In this document: piece after piece, positions 1-6,628 of the stretch | Layout: every line of letters begins with the position of its first letter | Numbering within the stretch: position 1 is the first letter of the stretch | Source of the DNA: a virus | DNA length: 15,517 bases | Virus record (IMG/VR): IMGVR_UViG_3300032038_001095 | Direction: 5' to 3' (one strand) | Notes under the pieces: model-generated | Told to the model about the DNA's origin: nothing | What the model saw: only the letters and a program-made list of their open reading frames with translations | Databases searched by the model: none | Made by a program: the position numbers and the translations under genes

Positions 1-35
1 AAGCTACTCTCGTTTTACCATTAAACTATAAACCC
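1..35 (-). tRNA. 5' portion of a tRNA truncated by the window edge (acceptor GGGTTTA, D-arm GTTT/AAAC)
   Basis: rc of 1-40 reads GGGTTTATAGTTTAATGGTAAAACGAGAGTAGCTT: 7-nt acceptor, TA, 4-bp D-stem with AATGGTA loop; remainder lies outside window. Confidence 0.4.
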
Positions 36-232
36 ATTAATAAGAAATAAGTTACTTTCCGCGGCATCCGTATCAAACCTCAGGGACGGCTTAACTAATT
101 ACTCGAGTTTTAGTGGGGAAGTTTTTTGTTTGCGCTAACAGGGAATCACTTAATCCCCCCTGCCGCTGGGCTTTCACTCACTTATTTCTTATATATTTAT
201 TATATTAAATTTTTTAATAAAAAACAAATAAA

Positions 233-433
233 TTAATCATCATCATCAATATCTTTTTTATAATTCTTTTTTGGCTTTACAGGTTTCATTTCAGAAACTT
301 TCATTCCCCATTTAAAATTCTTTTTCTTACGTTCCCATCTTAATCTAGCTTTTTCTTTAGGGTCTTCCGCAATATTTTCAGGATTCCATTCTTCTAAAGC
401 GTTTGTTGCTACTTTTGTCCACTTACTAGACAT
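233..433 (-). CDS. hypothetical small basic protein (66 aa)
   Basis: ORF with ATG at 433, AAAGGAGAA upstream, TAA stop; Lys-rich. Confidence 0.55.
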   Translation of the reverse strand: MSSKWTKVATNALEEWNPENIAEDPKEKARLRWERKKKNFKWGMKVSEMKPVKPKKNYKKDIDDDD

Positions 434-471
434 ATAGTATTATTCTCCTTTTTATTTAAATATAAAATAAT

Positions 472-544
472 TTGAGATATTAGGATTTGAACCTAAATCT
501 AAATCTATTTAAAGATTTTATGTTTCCTTTTACACCATATCTCA
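472..544 (-). tRNA. tRNA with non-canonical anticodon arm (anticodon undetermined)
   Basis: perfect 7-bp acceptor TGAGATA/TATCTCA, D-stem GTGT/ACAT, canonical T-arm TTAGG-TTCAAAT-CCTAA; anticodon helix AAATCT/AGATTT gives 6-nt or 8-nt loop (UUUAAAUA) instead of 7. Confidence 0.5.
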
Positions 545-556
545 AACAGGTATTAC

Positions 557-904
557 TTATCCCTGAAGAAAAGATCCCAATAGATCAAAAAAAGAATCTA
601 CATTATATTTGTCATTTTCATTTTTTGTGGCACTTTTGTTTTTTACATCATCAGTAGAATAAGACATATGGAAATATCCATATTCATTTGTAAATTCTTT
701 TAGCAACTTAATAGCTTTTGCCTGAGCTTCATTAGCTTCTTTCAAAGCCTGTTCGACTTCTTTAGCTTTTGTTGCTCTTGCATTTTTCTTAGCTTTTTCA
801 GCTTCAAGCTTTTTACGCTCTTCTTCTCTTGCTTTTGTTTCCGCTTTGATCAGTTCCTGTTCTGTATCATAAAGCGCGTTTAATGTTTCACTGTAGTATT
901 TCAT
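557..904 (-). CDS. hypothetical coiled-coil protein (115 aa)
   Basis: ORF, RBS AGGAAAGG before ATG at 904, TAA stop; Lys/Glu/Ala-rich heptad-like sequence. Confidence 0.65.
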   Translation of the reverse strand: MKYYSETLNALYDTEQELIKAETKAREEERKKLEAEKAKKNARATKAKEVEQALKEANEAQAKAIKLLKEFTNEYGYFHMSYSTDDVKNKSATKNENDKYNVDSFFDLLGSFLQG

Positions 905-1016
905 AATTGTTAGTTCCTTTCCTAACTTTAATATTTTTTTACTGGTTTTATTTTTAGTTGGGGGCTAGCGTCCTAGTCACGTTTCTGAAAAATCAGGCGT
1001 CATTCCAGTTACCCAA

Positions 1017-1089
1017 GGTGACCGATGGGATTTGAACCCACATAAGGCGGATCCACAATCCGCTGCATTACCAAATCTGCCACAGCCAC
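1017..1089 (-). tRNA. tRNA-His (anticodon GUG), no encoded G-1, discriminator C73
   Basis: acceptor GTGGCTG/CGGTCAC, anticodon arm GCGGA-TTGTGGA-TCCGC, T-arm GTGGG-TTCAAAT-CCCAT; base at -1 on the coding strand is T. Confidence 0.85.
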
Positions 1090-1091
1090 AA

Positions 1092-1166
1092 TCGGAGTAG
1101 CGGGACTCGAACCCACAGTCTCTTCATCCCAAATGAAGCGCGCTAGCCAAATTACGCTATACCCCG
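1092..1166 (-). tRNA. tRNA-Pro (anticodon UGG)
   Basis: acceptor CGGGGTA/TACTCCG, D GCGT/GCGC, anticodon arm CTTCA-TTTGGGA-TGAAG, T-arm GTGGG-TTCGAGT-CCCGC; 2 nt upstream of tRNA-His. Confidence 0.9.
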
Positions 1167-1224
1167 ATAATCAAGACACATTTAATACTATATTGCTTTA
1201 CCAATTAAGCTACCTATACCTAAA

Positions 1225-1250
1225 GGCATAAGATTGGATTTGAACCAATT
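1225..1250 (-). pseudogene. tRNA 3' half only (T-arm ATTGG-TTCAAAT-CCAAT + CTTATGC + C), no matching 5' half
   Basis: T-arm and 3' acceptor strand present; required 5' strand GCATAAG absent; flanked by 9-bp inverted repeat AAGACACAT (1174-1182) / ATGTGTCTT (1286-1294). Confidence 0.35.
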
Positions 1251-1311
1251 TAACATATAACATACTTGTATATATATTTTGCTGTATGTGTCTTATATAT
1301 TTTATAAATAT

Positions 1312-1340
1312 ATTATATAATAATCTTTTTTAAAAATCAA
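1312..1340 (-). promoter_or_regulatory. sigma70-type promoter (minus strand TTGATT-N17-TATAAT)
   Basis: rc reads TTGATTtttaaaaaagattattaTATAAT; member of repeated promoter family. Confidence 0.55.
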
Positions 1341-1480
1341 AGATAATCTCTTAATTCAATATATTCTTCAAAAGAACCTAAAAAACCTTCTTTTACTGCT
1401 TGGTCATATTCTTTTCTAATTTTCTATTCGAAAGTTAAATTTTCCTAATCATTATGAGTCATTACTGATTTATTTTCCAT
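1337..1480 (-). CDS. hypothetical 47-aa protein with two in-frame TAG codons (needs TAG readthrough)
   Basis: GAGAGG RBS 6 nt before ATG at 1480, 3 nt after stop of upstream gene; open to TGA at 1337 only if TAG is sense. Confidence 0.35.
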
Positions 1481-1483
1481 TAT

Positions 1484-1813
1484 TTATCCTCTCAGACTAT
1501 CAATGTAGTCTTTTGCTTCTTTATGAGCAAGAATTGCTTCCTGGTTATAAAGAATCATCTGATTTAGACGTTCTTCTGCTTTCATTTTATTTTCTACGGC
1601 TTCCTGAAGTTTTGTCATAGAACGCTTCATTCTTTTCTTTGTTACTTTTTCTTCGCAGCGGGCGGCCGCCAGCTTTCTTCCAAAATCTGGATCATAATTA
1701 TCTCTAGGATCCAGCTTAGCTACTCCACGAATTGTCTTTCCTGCATAAGTTGAAACTGCGATTGTTTTATTATCTGCTGTTGTAAAAAACTTATACTTTG
1801 TAATTGGAAACAT
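1484..1813 (-). CDS. hypothetical protein (109 aa)
   Basis: ORF, RBS AGAAAGG before ATG 1813, TAA stop. Confidence 0.65.
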   Translation of the reverse strand: MFPITKYKFFTTADNKTIAVSTYAGKTIRGVAKLDPRDNYDPDFGRKLAAARCEEKVTKKRMKRSMTKLQEAVENKMKAEERLNQMILYNQEAILAHKEAKDYIDSLRG

Positions 1814-1843
1814 ATTTTTTTACCTTTCTTATTTATTTTTTAG

Positions 1844-1930
1844 CGACGGCAAAGGGACTCGAACCCCTAATACGCTCATCACGTATTAACGCTTTTCAAG
1901 AGCGTCTCCTCATCCAGCCGGATTACCGCC
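1844..1930 (-). tRNA. tRNA-Ser (anticodon UGA), class II with long variable arm
   Basis: acceptor GGCGGTA/TGCCGTC, anticodon arm ACGCT-CTTGAAA-AGCGT, variable hairpin AATACG..CGTATT, T-arm AGGGG-TTCGAGT-CCCTT. Confidence 0.9.
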
Positions 1931-1943
1931 AAAACAAGAGTCA

Positions 1944-2015
1944 TATGCAAGGAGGGATTCGAACCCTCATAGAATCCTTAAAAGGGATTTGTCTTAACCG
2001 TTTGACTACTTATTT
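1944..2015 (-). tRNA. tRNA-Lys (anticodon UUU) with mismatches at acceptor positions 2 and 3
   Basis: anticodon arm AATCC-CTTTTAA-GGATT, T-arm GAGGG-TTCGAAT-CCCTC, D-arm GTCA..AGAC; 5' strand AAATAAG vs 3' CTTGCAT gives A2-A71 and A3-C70 mispairs. Confidence 0.6.
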
Positions 2016-2038
2016 AAAATTGCTGTATGACTCTTTCG

Positions 2039-2130
2039 CGGTCACAGGTGGATTCGAACCACCGGACGAGGAATTTCCCCGTCGGCGGATTAGCAATCCG
2101 CTGCATTAAGCCAAACTCTGCCATGTGACC
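2039..2130 (-). tRNA. tRNA-Ser (anticodon GCU), class II
   Basis: perfect acceptor GGTCACA/TGTGACC, anticodon arm GCGGA-TTGCTAA-TCCGC, long variable hairpin, T-arm GGTGG-TTCGAAT-CCACC. Confidence 0.9.
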
Positions 2131-2139
2131 ATATACAAG

Positions 2140-2215
2140 ATAGTTTATTTGCGTACGACTCGAACGTACTTTCATTACTTTTGCAGAGTAATTTATCATC
2201 CAGAGATATTAAATA
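2140..2215 (-). pseudogene. degenerate tRNA-like element (Cys-GCA-like anticodon arm plus T-arm, no valid acceptor)
   Basis: TTACT-CTGCAAA-AGTAA and GTACG-TTCGAGT-CGTAC present but 7 extra nt between T-stem and the only complementary acceptor strand; D-arm not formable. Confidence 0.3.
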
Positions 2216-2236
2216 TTGCTGTAACTATCTTTAATC

Positions 2237-2308
2237 TAGCTCGCTAGGGAATCGAACCCTAGATTCTAGTTTTAGAGACTAGCGTCTTAACCACTTGACC
2301 ACCGAGCC
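2237..2308 (-). tRNA. amber suppressor tRNA (anticodon CUA, reads UAG)
   Basis: acceptor GGCTCGG/GCGAGCT (6 bp, G7-G66 mispair), D-arm GTCAAGTGGTTAAGAC, anticodon arm CTAGT-CTCTAAA-ACTAG with U33 and A37, T-arm TAGGG-TTCGATT-CCCTA, A73. Confidence 0.85.
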
Positions 2309-2310
2309 AG

Positions 2311-2339
2311 ATAGCATATAAATTTAATATATGCTATAT
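2311..2339 (-). promoter_or_regulatory. perfect 9-bp hairpin immediately upstream of the suppressor tRNA 5' end
   Basis: ATAGCATAT aaatttaat ATATGCTAT; ATAGCATAT motif recurs at 2506. Confidence 0.3.
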
Positions 2340-2692
2340 TTAATCTATATAAATATAAATTTTTTCATTTACTTAACGCCTAGACATTATTAAGGGGTCT
2401 GCGTTGCCACACCTCATCCATTTTTATAAAATAACGCCTCAATTCAAAAATTTATATTTATATTTTTTCTTTCTTCATTTATTGTTTAATCTGTTAGTTA
2501 AACTCTATAGCATATTATAGTTTTCAAAAGAGGATCAATAAGTACAGAAAAATTAATTAAGTATATTTAGAGGATTATAATAATAAAATAAATAACATAT
2601 GCTTTATTTATTTTATTCTTCAACTATCGTATGAAGAACGTCTGCGGATATATCATTTCACCATACAGAAGGACTCACTTAGGGGGAGTCAA

Positions 2693-2775
<83 letters not shown>

Positions 2776-2829
2776 GTTTATTATTATTCAAATAAAGTTT
2801 TTAATACAAAAGATACTATATATAGATAA

Positions 2830-2938
2830 TTATCAGGGTGAGGATTTGCACCTCACATGACACCCGCGAGAATTTGTTTGTGTCAGATGCTACCTCGCGA
2901 TCCATGTAGTCTATGTCTACCTATTCCATCACCTGATA
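2830..2938 (-). ncRNA. tRNA-like structured RNA (E1) with about 55-nt internal insertion and non-canonical T-loop
   Basis: perfect terminal stem TATCAGG/CCTGATA (extendable to 9 bp), TG, class-II-like D-arm ATGG-AATAGGTAGA-CAT, 6-bp hairpin GTGAGG-TGCAAAT-CCTCAC; middle has crossing CGCGAG/CTCGCG and TGACAC/GTGTCA pairings. Confidence 0.5.
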
Positions 2939-3047
2939 ATATGGTCTTTTCCCATTGCCATCCATATTCTACCATGAAGGGTATCACTGCATTAGTCTCC
3001 CAGTGCGGATATCCGCTATCCAGAATGATCTGGCATCACTTTATCAA

Positions 3048-3237
3048 ATATACTGGTAAGGATTTACACCTTACATGGAAGATTCTGAACTTACGTTAGG
3101 ACTCCATTGCATACTACCCACTCGTGTCTTCCTTCAATCCATCGACTACTTTCAGTCTGATTGCAATTCGATTTCTGATTTCATCGCTGCACCAGTTACC
3201 CAATGCAGTAAGCGTCTACTTATTCCGCCACAGTATA
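3048..3237 (-). ncRNA. tRNA-like structured RNA (E2), paralog of E1, Leu-like D-arm, about 115-nt insertion
   Basis: perfect terminal stem TATACTG/CAGTATA, TG, D-arm GCGG-AATAAGTAGA-CGC (near-identical to tRNA-Leu D-arm), 6-bp hairpin GTAAGG-TGTAAAT-CCTTAC; CTTAC/GTAAG can close the insertion. Confidence 0.5.
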
Positions 3238-3357
3238 TATACAAGACAGCATAAAAAATATTTTTTAATAAAAACCTCTTGTATTTGTTAATGTTAAAAT
3301 AAATTTTTTGATTATTTTGCTGTTTTCTACTGTCTTTATATTAAGATTATTTACTTA

Positions 3358-3702
3358 TTATGCCTGATACTCATCCTTAAAATACCATACATCTCCGTAA
3401 GCTTTATGTGTCTTGGTTCTGCCGTTTAGAGCATCCCCAATACCAGACTTACCTTCCTTACCAATTGCCGCCAAAGCTTCCTTCTGTGTCGCATATTCTG
3501 CAATAATCTTTCCTGTTTCTGCATCAATACGAAGGATTCCGCTCTTATTAGGACTCTTTCTCTTCTTCTTAGCAGCTTCTTCCGCAGCCTGCATTTCCTC
3601 AAGATAGGTGCTGAGGACATCAATTACCTGCTCCTGGATACCTGGATCAAGTTCTCCAGAATGTTCAAAATAAAATAACAAACCCTGTACTTTATCTTTC
3701 AT
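3358..3702 (-). CDS. small protein with NUMOD/IENR-like HTH C-terminal domain (114 aa)
   Basis: ORF with AAAAGGAG RBS; C-terminus SGILRIDAETGKIIAEYATQKEALAAIG...YGDVWYFKDE resembles the DNA-binding NUMOD motif of homing-endonuclease-associated proteins. Confidence 0.55.
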   Translation of the reverse strand: MKDKVQGLLFYFEHSGELDPGIQEQVIDVLSTYLEEMQAAEEAAKKKRKSPNKSGILRIDAETGKIIAEYATQKEALAAIGKEGKSGIGDALNGRTKTHKAYGDVWYFKDEYQA

Positions 3703-3735
3703 AAAAATAAATCTCCTTTTTTCTCTTTTATAATT

Positions 3736-3764
3736 ATTATAACAAAAAATTTATATATTATCAA
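3736..3764 (-). promoter_or_regulatory. sigma70-type promoter TTGATA-N17-TATAAT
   Basis: rc reads TTGATAatatataaattttttgtTATAAT, 30 nt upstream of RBS of 3358-3702. Confidence 0.6.
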
Positions 3765-3774
3765 TTTTTTGAAG

Positions 3775-3845
3775 TTCTCAGGTAAGGAATCGAACCTTAC
3801 AACTAATACAAAGTATTAGAATATTTACCATTAATATTACTGAGA
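3775..3845 (-). tRNA. tRNA with ambiguous anticodon arm (UUU with C33, or UUG)
   Basis: acceptor TCTCAGT/CCTGAGA (6 bp + U7-C66), D TATT/AATA, T-arm TAAGG-TTCGATT-CCTTA; anticodon helix CTAAT(A)/(T)ATTAG leaves loop ACTTTGT or 5-nt CTTTG. Confidence 0.5.
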
Positions 3846-4344
3846 ATTTTATAAATAATACATAGAAAGGAAGATTAAAATATAATTTGTTTAAATTATA
3901 TTTAAAATGTCCTATGTAGGAACTGCCCCTACTCCTCTTATCGCCGCGTCTATCCAAGACATTTGCTCAAGGAAGCTAATTTTATAGGACACGCGGAAAC
4001 GGCTTCCGCACTCCTTTTACCTCTTTTATTAAAAAGAGTGGCTCTCCACTCGAATAGAGATTAAAGATAGATGGTTATTATCCTTTAAGGGGTCTATCAA
4101 CTCCCAGTATTAAAATTAAGTATATTTCGCTTTTTTCATAATCGTCTTCCGCCGGAAATATACAAACTGGTCAGGGACTACGTTCGTCGCTCACGAGACA
4201 AAATATTAATCTCAGGCCCAGAGTTTCCTTATCCTGTGTTCTATTGAAGTCACAATGCTTCAATCTGTGGTCACTTAATATTTCCGCAGGGCTTCATTCC
4301 TACACGTCATATCCTGTTAATTCAGGCCTTACAATCCCTTGAAG

Positions 4345-4416
4345 TAACCGGTAGGAGAATCGAACTCCTGTCCTTACCGTGAAAGGGTAATATCTTAGCC
4401 ACTTGACTAACCGGTC
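4345..4416 (-). tRNA. tRNA-Glu (anticodon UUC)
   Basis: acceptor GACCGGT/ACCGGTT, D-arm GTCAAGTGGCTAAGAT, anticodon arm TTACC-CTTTCAC-GGTAA, T-arm AGGAG-TTCGATT-CTCCT. Confidence 0.85.
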
Positions 4417-4844
4417 CTATGAGACTTACGCTTTGCCTCCGGTATGGGCACACCATTGCCGGCGGTAAGCTGTCTAAGTCTTTATGCTTGGTATTGCGAA
4501 CATGCCCCAAGCGGCGACTCCATTAATTTCTTCTCACTCCGCAGAGTGGAATTTGTCGCTGTGACGTAACAGCGAATCCCCTGATAGCCAATCTTTGGAC
4601 GACCGAGGGTCGGGTTCAACCCCTTATCTGTGCATGACCTATGTTTTCGTTTTAATGTACGAAAACGACATATCTTTATATTCTTTACTCCTAGAATTAA
4701 GACTTAACCGGCATCACTTGAGATGCTTTCAGATTTATAATTGGCAAGAAATAAATCAATTCTTTGATTATCAGGTTATCATCCCAGCCTAACGATGGCT
4801 GACGACCTGTGAATTAAGGTTTTAACAGGTTTTACTTACCTTAA

Positions 4845-4916
4845 CGGGGTTAGAAGGATTTGAACCTTCGTAGTACGGTTAACAGCCGTAAGTCCTAACC
4901 ACTGGACGATAACCCC
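4845..4916 (-). tRNA. tRNA-Asn (anticodon GUU)
   Basis: perfect acceptor GGGGTTA/TAACCCC, anticodon arm TACGG-CTGTTAA-CCGTA, T-arm GAAGG-TTCAAAT-CCTTC. Confidence 0.9.
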
Positions 4917-5049
4917 CTTTTCAAGACCTAATAGACTCTTTTTTGTAAAAATGAGGATACCAAATTCGTTCTATTTTTAAATCTACCTCGTTGCTTTCCC
5001 TAAACTTTTATTCATCAGATATTAAATTGCAGTATAGGTCTTTAAAAAA

Positions 5050-5154
5050 TTAATTAAAAAGTTTGTTTAACTCATCTTCATCTTCTTTAGTCAGTATAAA
5101 TTCAAAATCTTCATATTCTTCATAAGATTCATAGAGATCAAAATCATCAAACAT
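5050..5154 (-). CDS. hypothetical very acidic 34-aa peptide
   Basis: AAAGGAGAAA RBS 6 nt before ATG 5154, TAA at 5050; family promoter 25 nt upstream. Confidence 0.35.
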   Translation of the reverse strand: MFDDFDLYESYEEYEDFEFILTKEDEDELNKLFN

Positions 5155-5185
5155 ATTTTATTTCTCCTTTTCTTTTGATATATAT

Positions 5186-5214
5186 ATTATATCAAAAAAC
5201 TTTTTAAAAATCAA
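5186..5214 (-). promoter_or_regulatory. sigma70-type promoter TTGATT-N17(TG)-TATAAT
   Basis: rc reads TTGATTtttaaaaagttttttgaTATAAT. Confidence 0.6.
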
Positions 5215-5360
5215 TAAATAACGTATTGGTTGAGAAAATTAATAATTGATTTTGAATCTGGACTATGTTGTGCTTCATAGAGATTAATGAACATATGTTC
5301 ATCATTAAAAAACTACTTTAAAAAAGTAAACAATTTTAAATCCTCCTTTCTTTTTTAAAA

Positions 5361-5432
5361 CGGCTTTATTGGGAATCGAACCCAAATCTCTTGATAGACA
5401 GTCAAGTATGCTAACCTTTACACCATAAAGCC
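5361..5432 (-). tRNA. tRNA-Asp (anticodon GUC)
   Basis: perfect acceptor GGCTTTA/TAAAGCC, anticodon arm CTTGA-CTGTCTA-TCAAG, T-arm TTGGG-TTCGATT-CCCAA. Confidence 0.9.
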
Positions 5433-5511
5433 AAAGTTATTTTTCTCAGCCTGTTTTACGTCTCCTGCCTTCAGAAAAATAACAAAACCCTGTTTAGACG
5501 CTATAACTTAT

Positions 5512-5688
5512 TTAATAATCAAATTCCCGAGAAATCTTATCATATATCTCAGTTTTTTCAAATTTTACTGTTCCAAACCTATCTTCCAAAAATTTTACCT
5601 GAGAATAACCTTTGACAAATGTAATATGCTTTTTGTTATCATCATCTTTATAATTGACCATATAAACCACTTCTTTTTTATTTACCAT
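5512..5688 (-). CDS. hypothetical protein (58 aa; possible start at 5709 instead)
   Basis: GAGGAGG 8 nt before ATG 5688; in-frame ATG at 5709 lacks an SD; TAA stop. Confidence 0.55.
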   Translation of the reverse strand: MVNKKEVVYMVNYKDDDNKKHITFVKGYSQVKFLEDRFGTVKFEKTEIYDKISREFDY

Positions 5689-5743
5689 AGTCAAAGCCTC
5701 CTCAACCATTTTTTAAGTTTGAAGTTTTTCTTTTGATATATAT

Positions 5744-5772
5744 ATTATATCAAAAATTTTTTTAAATATCAA
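5744..5772 (-). promoter_or_regulatory. sigma70-type promoter TTGATA-N17(TG)-TATAAT
   Basis: rc reads TTGATAtttaaaaaaatttttgaTATAAT. Confidence 0.6.
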
Positions 5773-5834
5773 GACGTTTTATTTTATAGATTAACAGTCT
5801 ATTCCTTTATTATAATTGCTGTAAACGTCTTTAA

Positions 5835-5907
5835 AGCCGCCCGTGGGACTTGAACCCACAACCTAGAGTTTACAAAACTCTTGCGCTGCCAATTGCGCTA
5901 GAGCGGC
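5835..5907 (-). tRNA. tRNA-Thr (anticodon UGU)
   Basis: acceptor GCCGCTC/GGGCGGC, D GCGC-AATTGGCA-GCGC, anticodon arm AGAGT-TTTGTAA-ACTCT, T-arm GTGGG-TTCAAGT-CCCAC. Confidence 0.9.
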
Positions 5908-6628
5908 ATAAAATGGCGGTCTTTATATATTGGCGCCCACCATTCCTTGAAAAAATAATACTATTTTGGAGTTTTTATGTTCCGGCGCTGCCCTTCCCTT
6001 TTGAGTAGTTTTATACGGACTACCATCCGCTTGATCAAGAAATTTTTTCTTTCCCTCACGACATAGAAAAAATTATCAAAAAATCTGTGCCGACAATACT
6101 AGTCTCTTTTTAGTTATTAAGCCAACTTGGTGAATAGTATTGTAAATAATATCCAATGCTATAAATTTTTTATGTTAAAAAATTTATAAAAAATCACCTT
6201 TTTACGATCGCTTAATGGTGGTGTTAAAAGGAAACCGCACCAAAAATTTTATATCCTATAGAGTTTTTATTAGTTTAATTCCAAATCATCTTAACTTATT
6301 TTTAATTAGCCCAATGGACCATACCTCCATTTCGTTAGGATAAATGCTATACCAAAGTCTTGCACTTTGATTTCCAATTTAATGGCGACTTAACTTTTAG
6401 TCGAGTATAGCCGCATTGATTAAAAAGGTAACTTCATCAATGCTTAAGATTGTGAATCTCATAAGTTTTTCCTTAGTTATTTTAAAAAAGTAGATTAACC
6501 TCTGAACTACTCACAGGGGGCACGTTTTGCTGCAACTAATGGCTCTCCCTTTCTTCACTCTCAACGATTTGCAGATCGCAAGGAGGAGGTTTTATCCCGC
6601 ACTTATAGTGGAGGCGGATCTCCACTAG

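Noticed and set aside
1804-2109. Plus-strand ORF of 101 aa
   Set aside because: Lies antisense across three well-formed minus-strand tRNA genes (Ser, Lys, Ser); no RBS; artefact of GC-rich tRNA sequence
2014-2199. Minus ORF of 61 aa
   Set aside because: Overlaps tRNA-Ser(GCU) and the degenerate tRNA-like element on the same strand
2857-3099. Plus-strand ORF of 80 aa
   Set aside because: Spans the two tRNA-like structured RNAs E1/E2 on the opposite strand; no RBS or promoter
3413-3623. ORFs 3413-3607 (plus) and 3426-3623 (minus, other frame)
   Set aside because: Embedded in and out of frame with the RBS-supported gene 3358-3702
4595-4625. Plus-strand T-arm-like GGGTCGGGTTCAACCCC and possible tmRNA 3' end
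   Set aside because: No 7-nt T-loop with flanking 5-bp stem, no acceptor pairing partner, no CCA, and tRNA-Glu follows immediately on the other strand; tmRNA and RNase P signatures were not found
4322-4792. ORFs 4322-4510 (minus) and 4595-4792 (plus)
   Set aside because: Overlap tRNA-Glu and a GC-rich island where long stop-free frames arise by base composition; no start context
5199-5333. Possible small ORF between promoter 5186-5214 and tRNA-Asp
   Set aside because: Careful back-translation shows the RBS-proximal TTG frame hits TAA after 4 codons; the remaining 30-aa ATG frame has no SD
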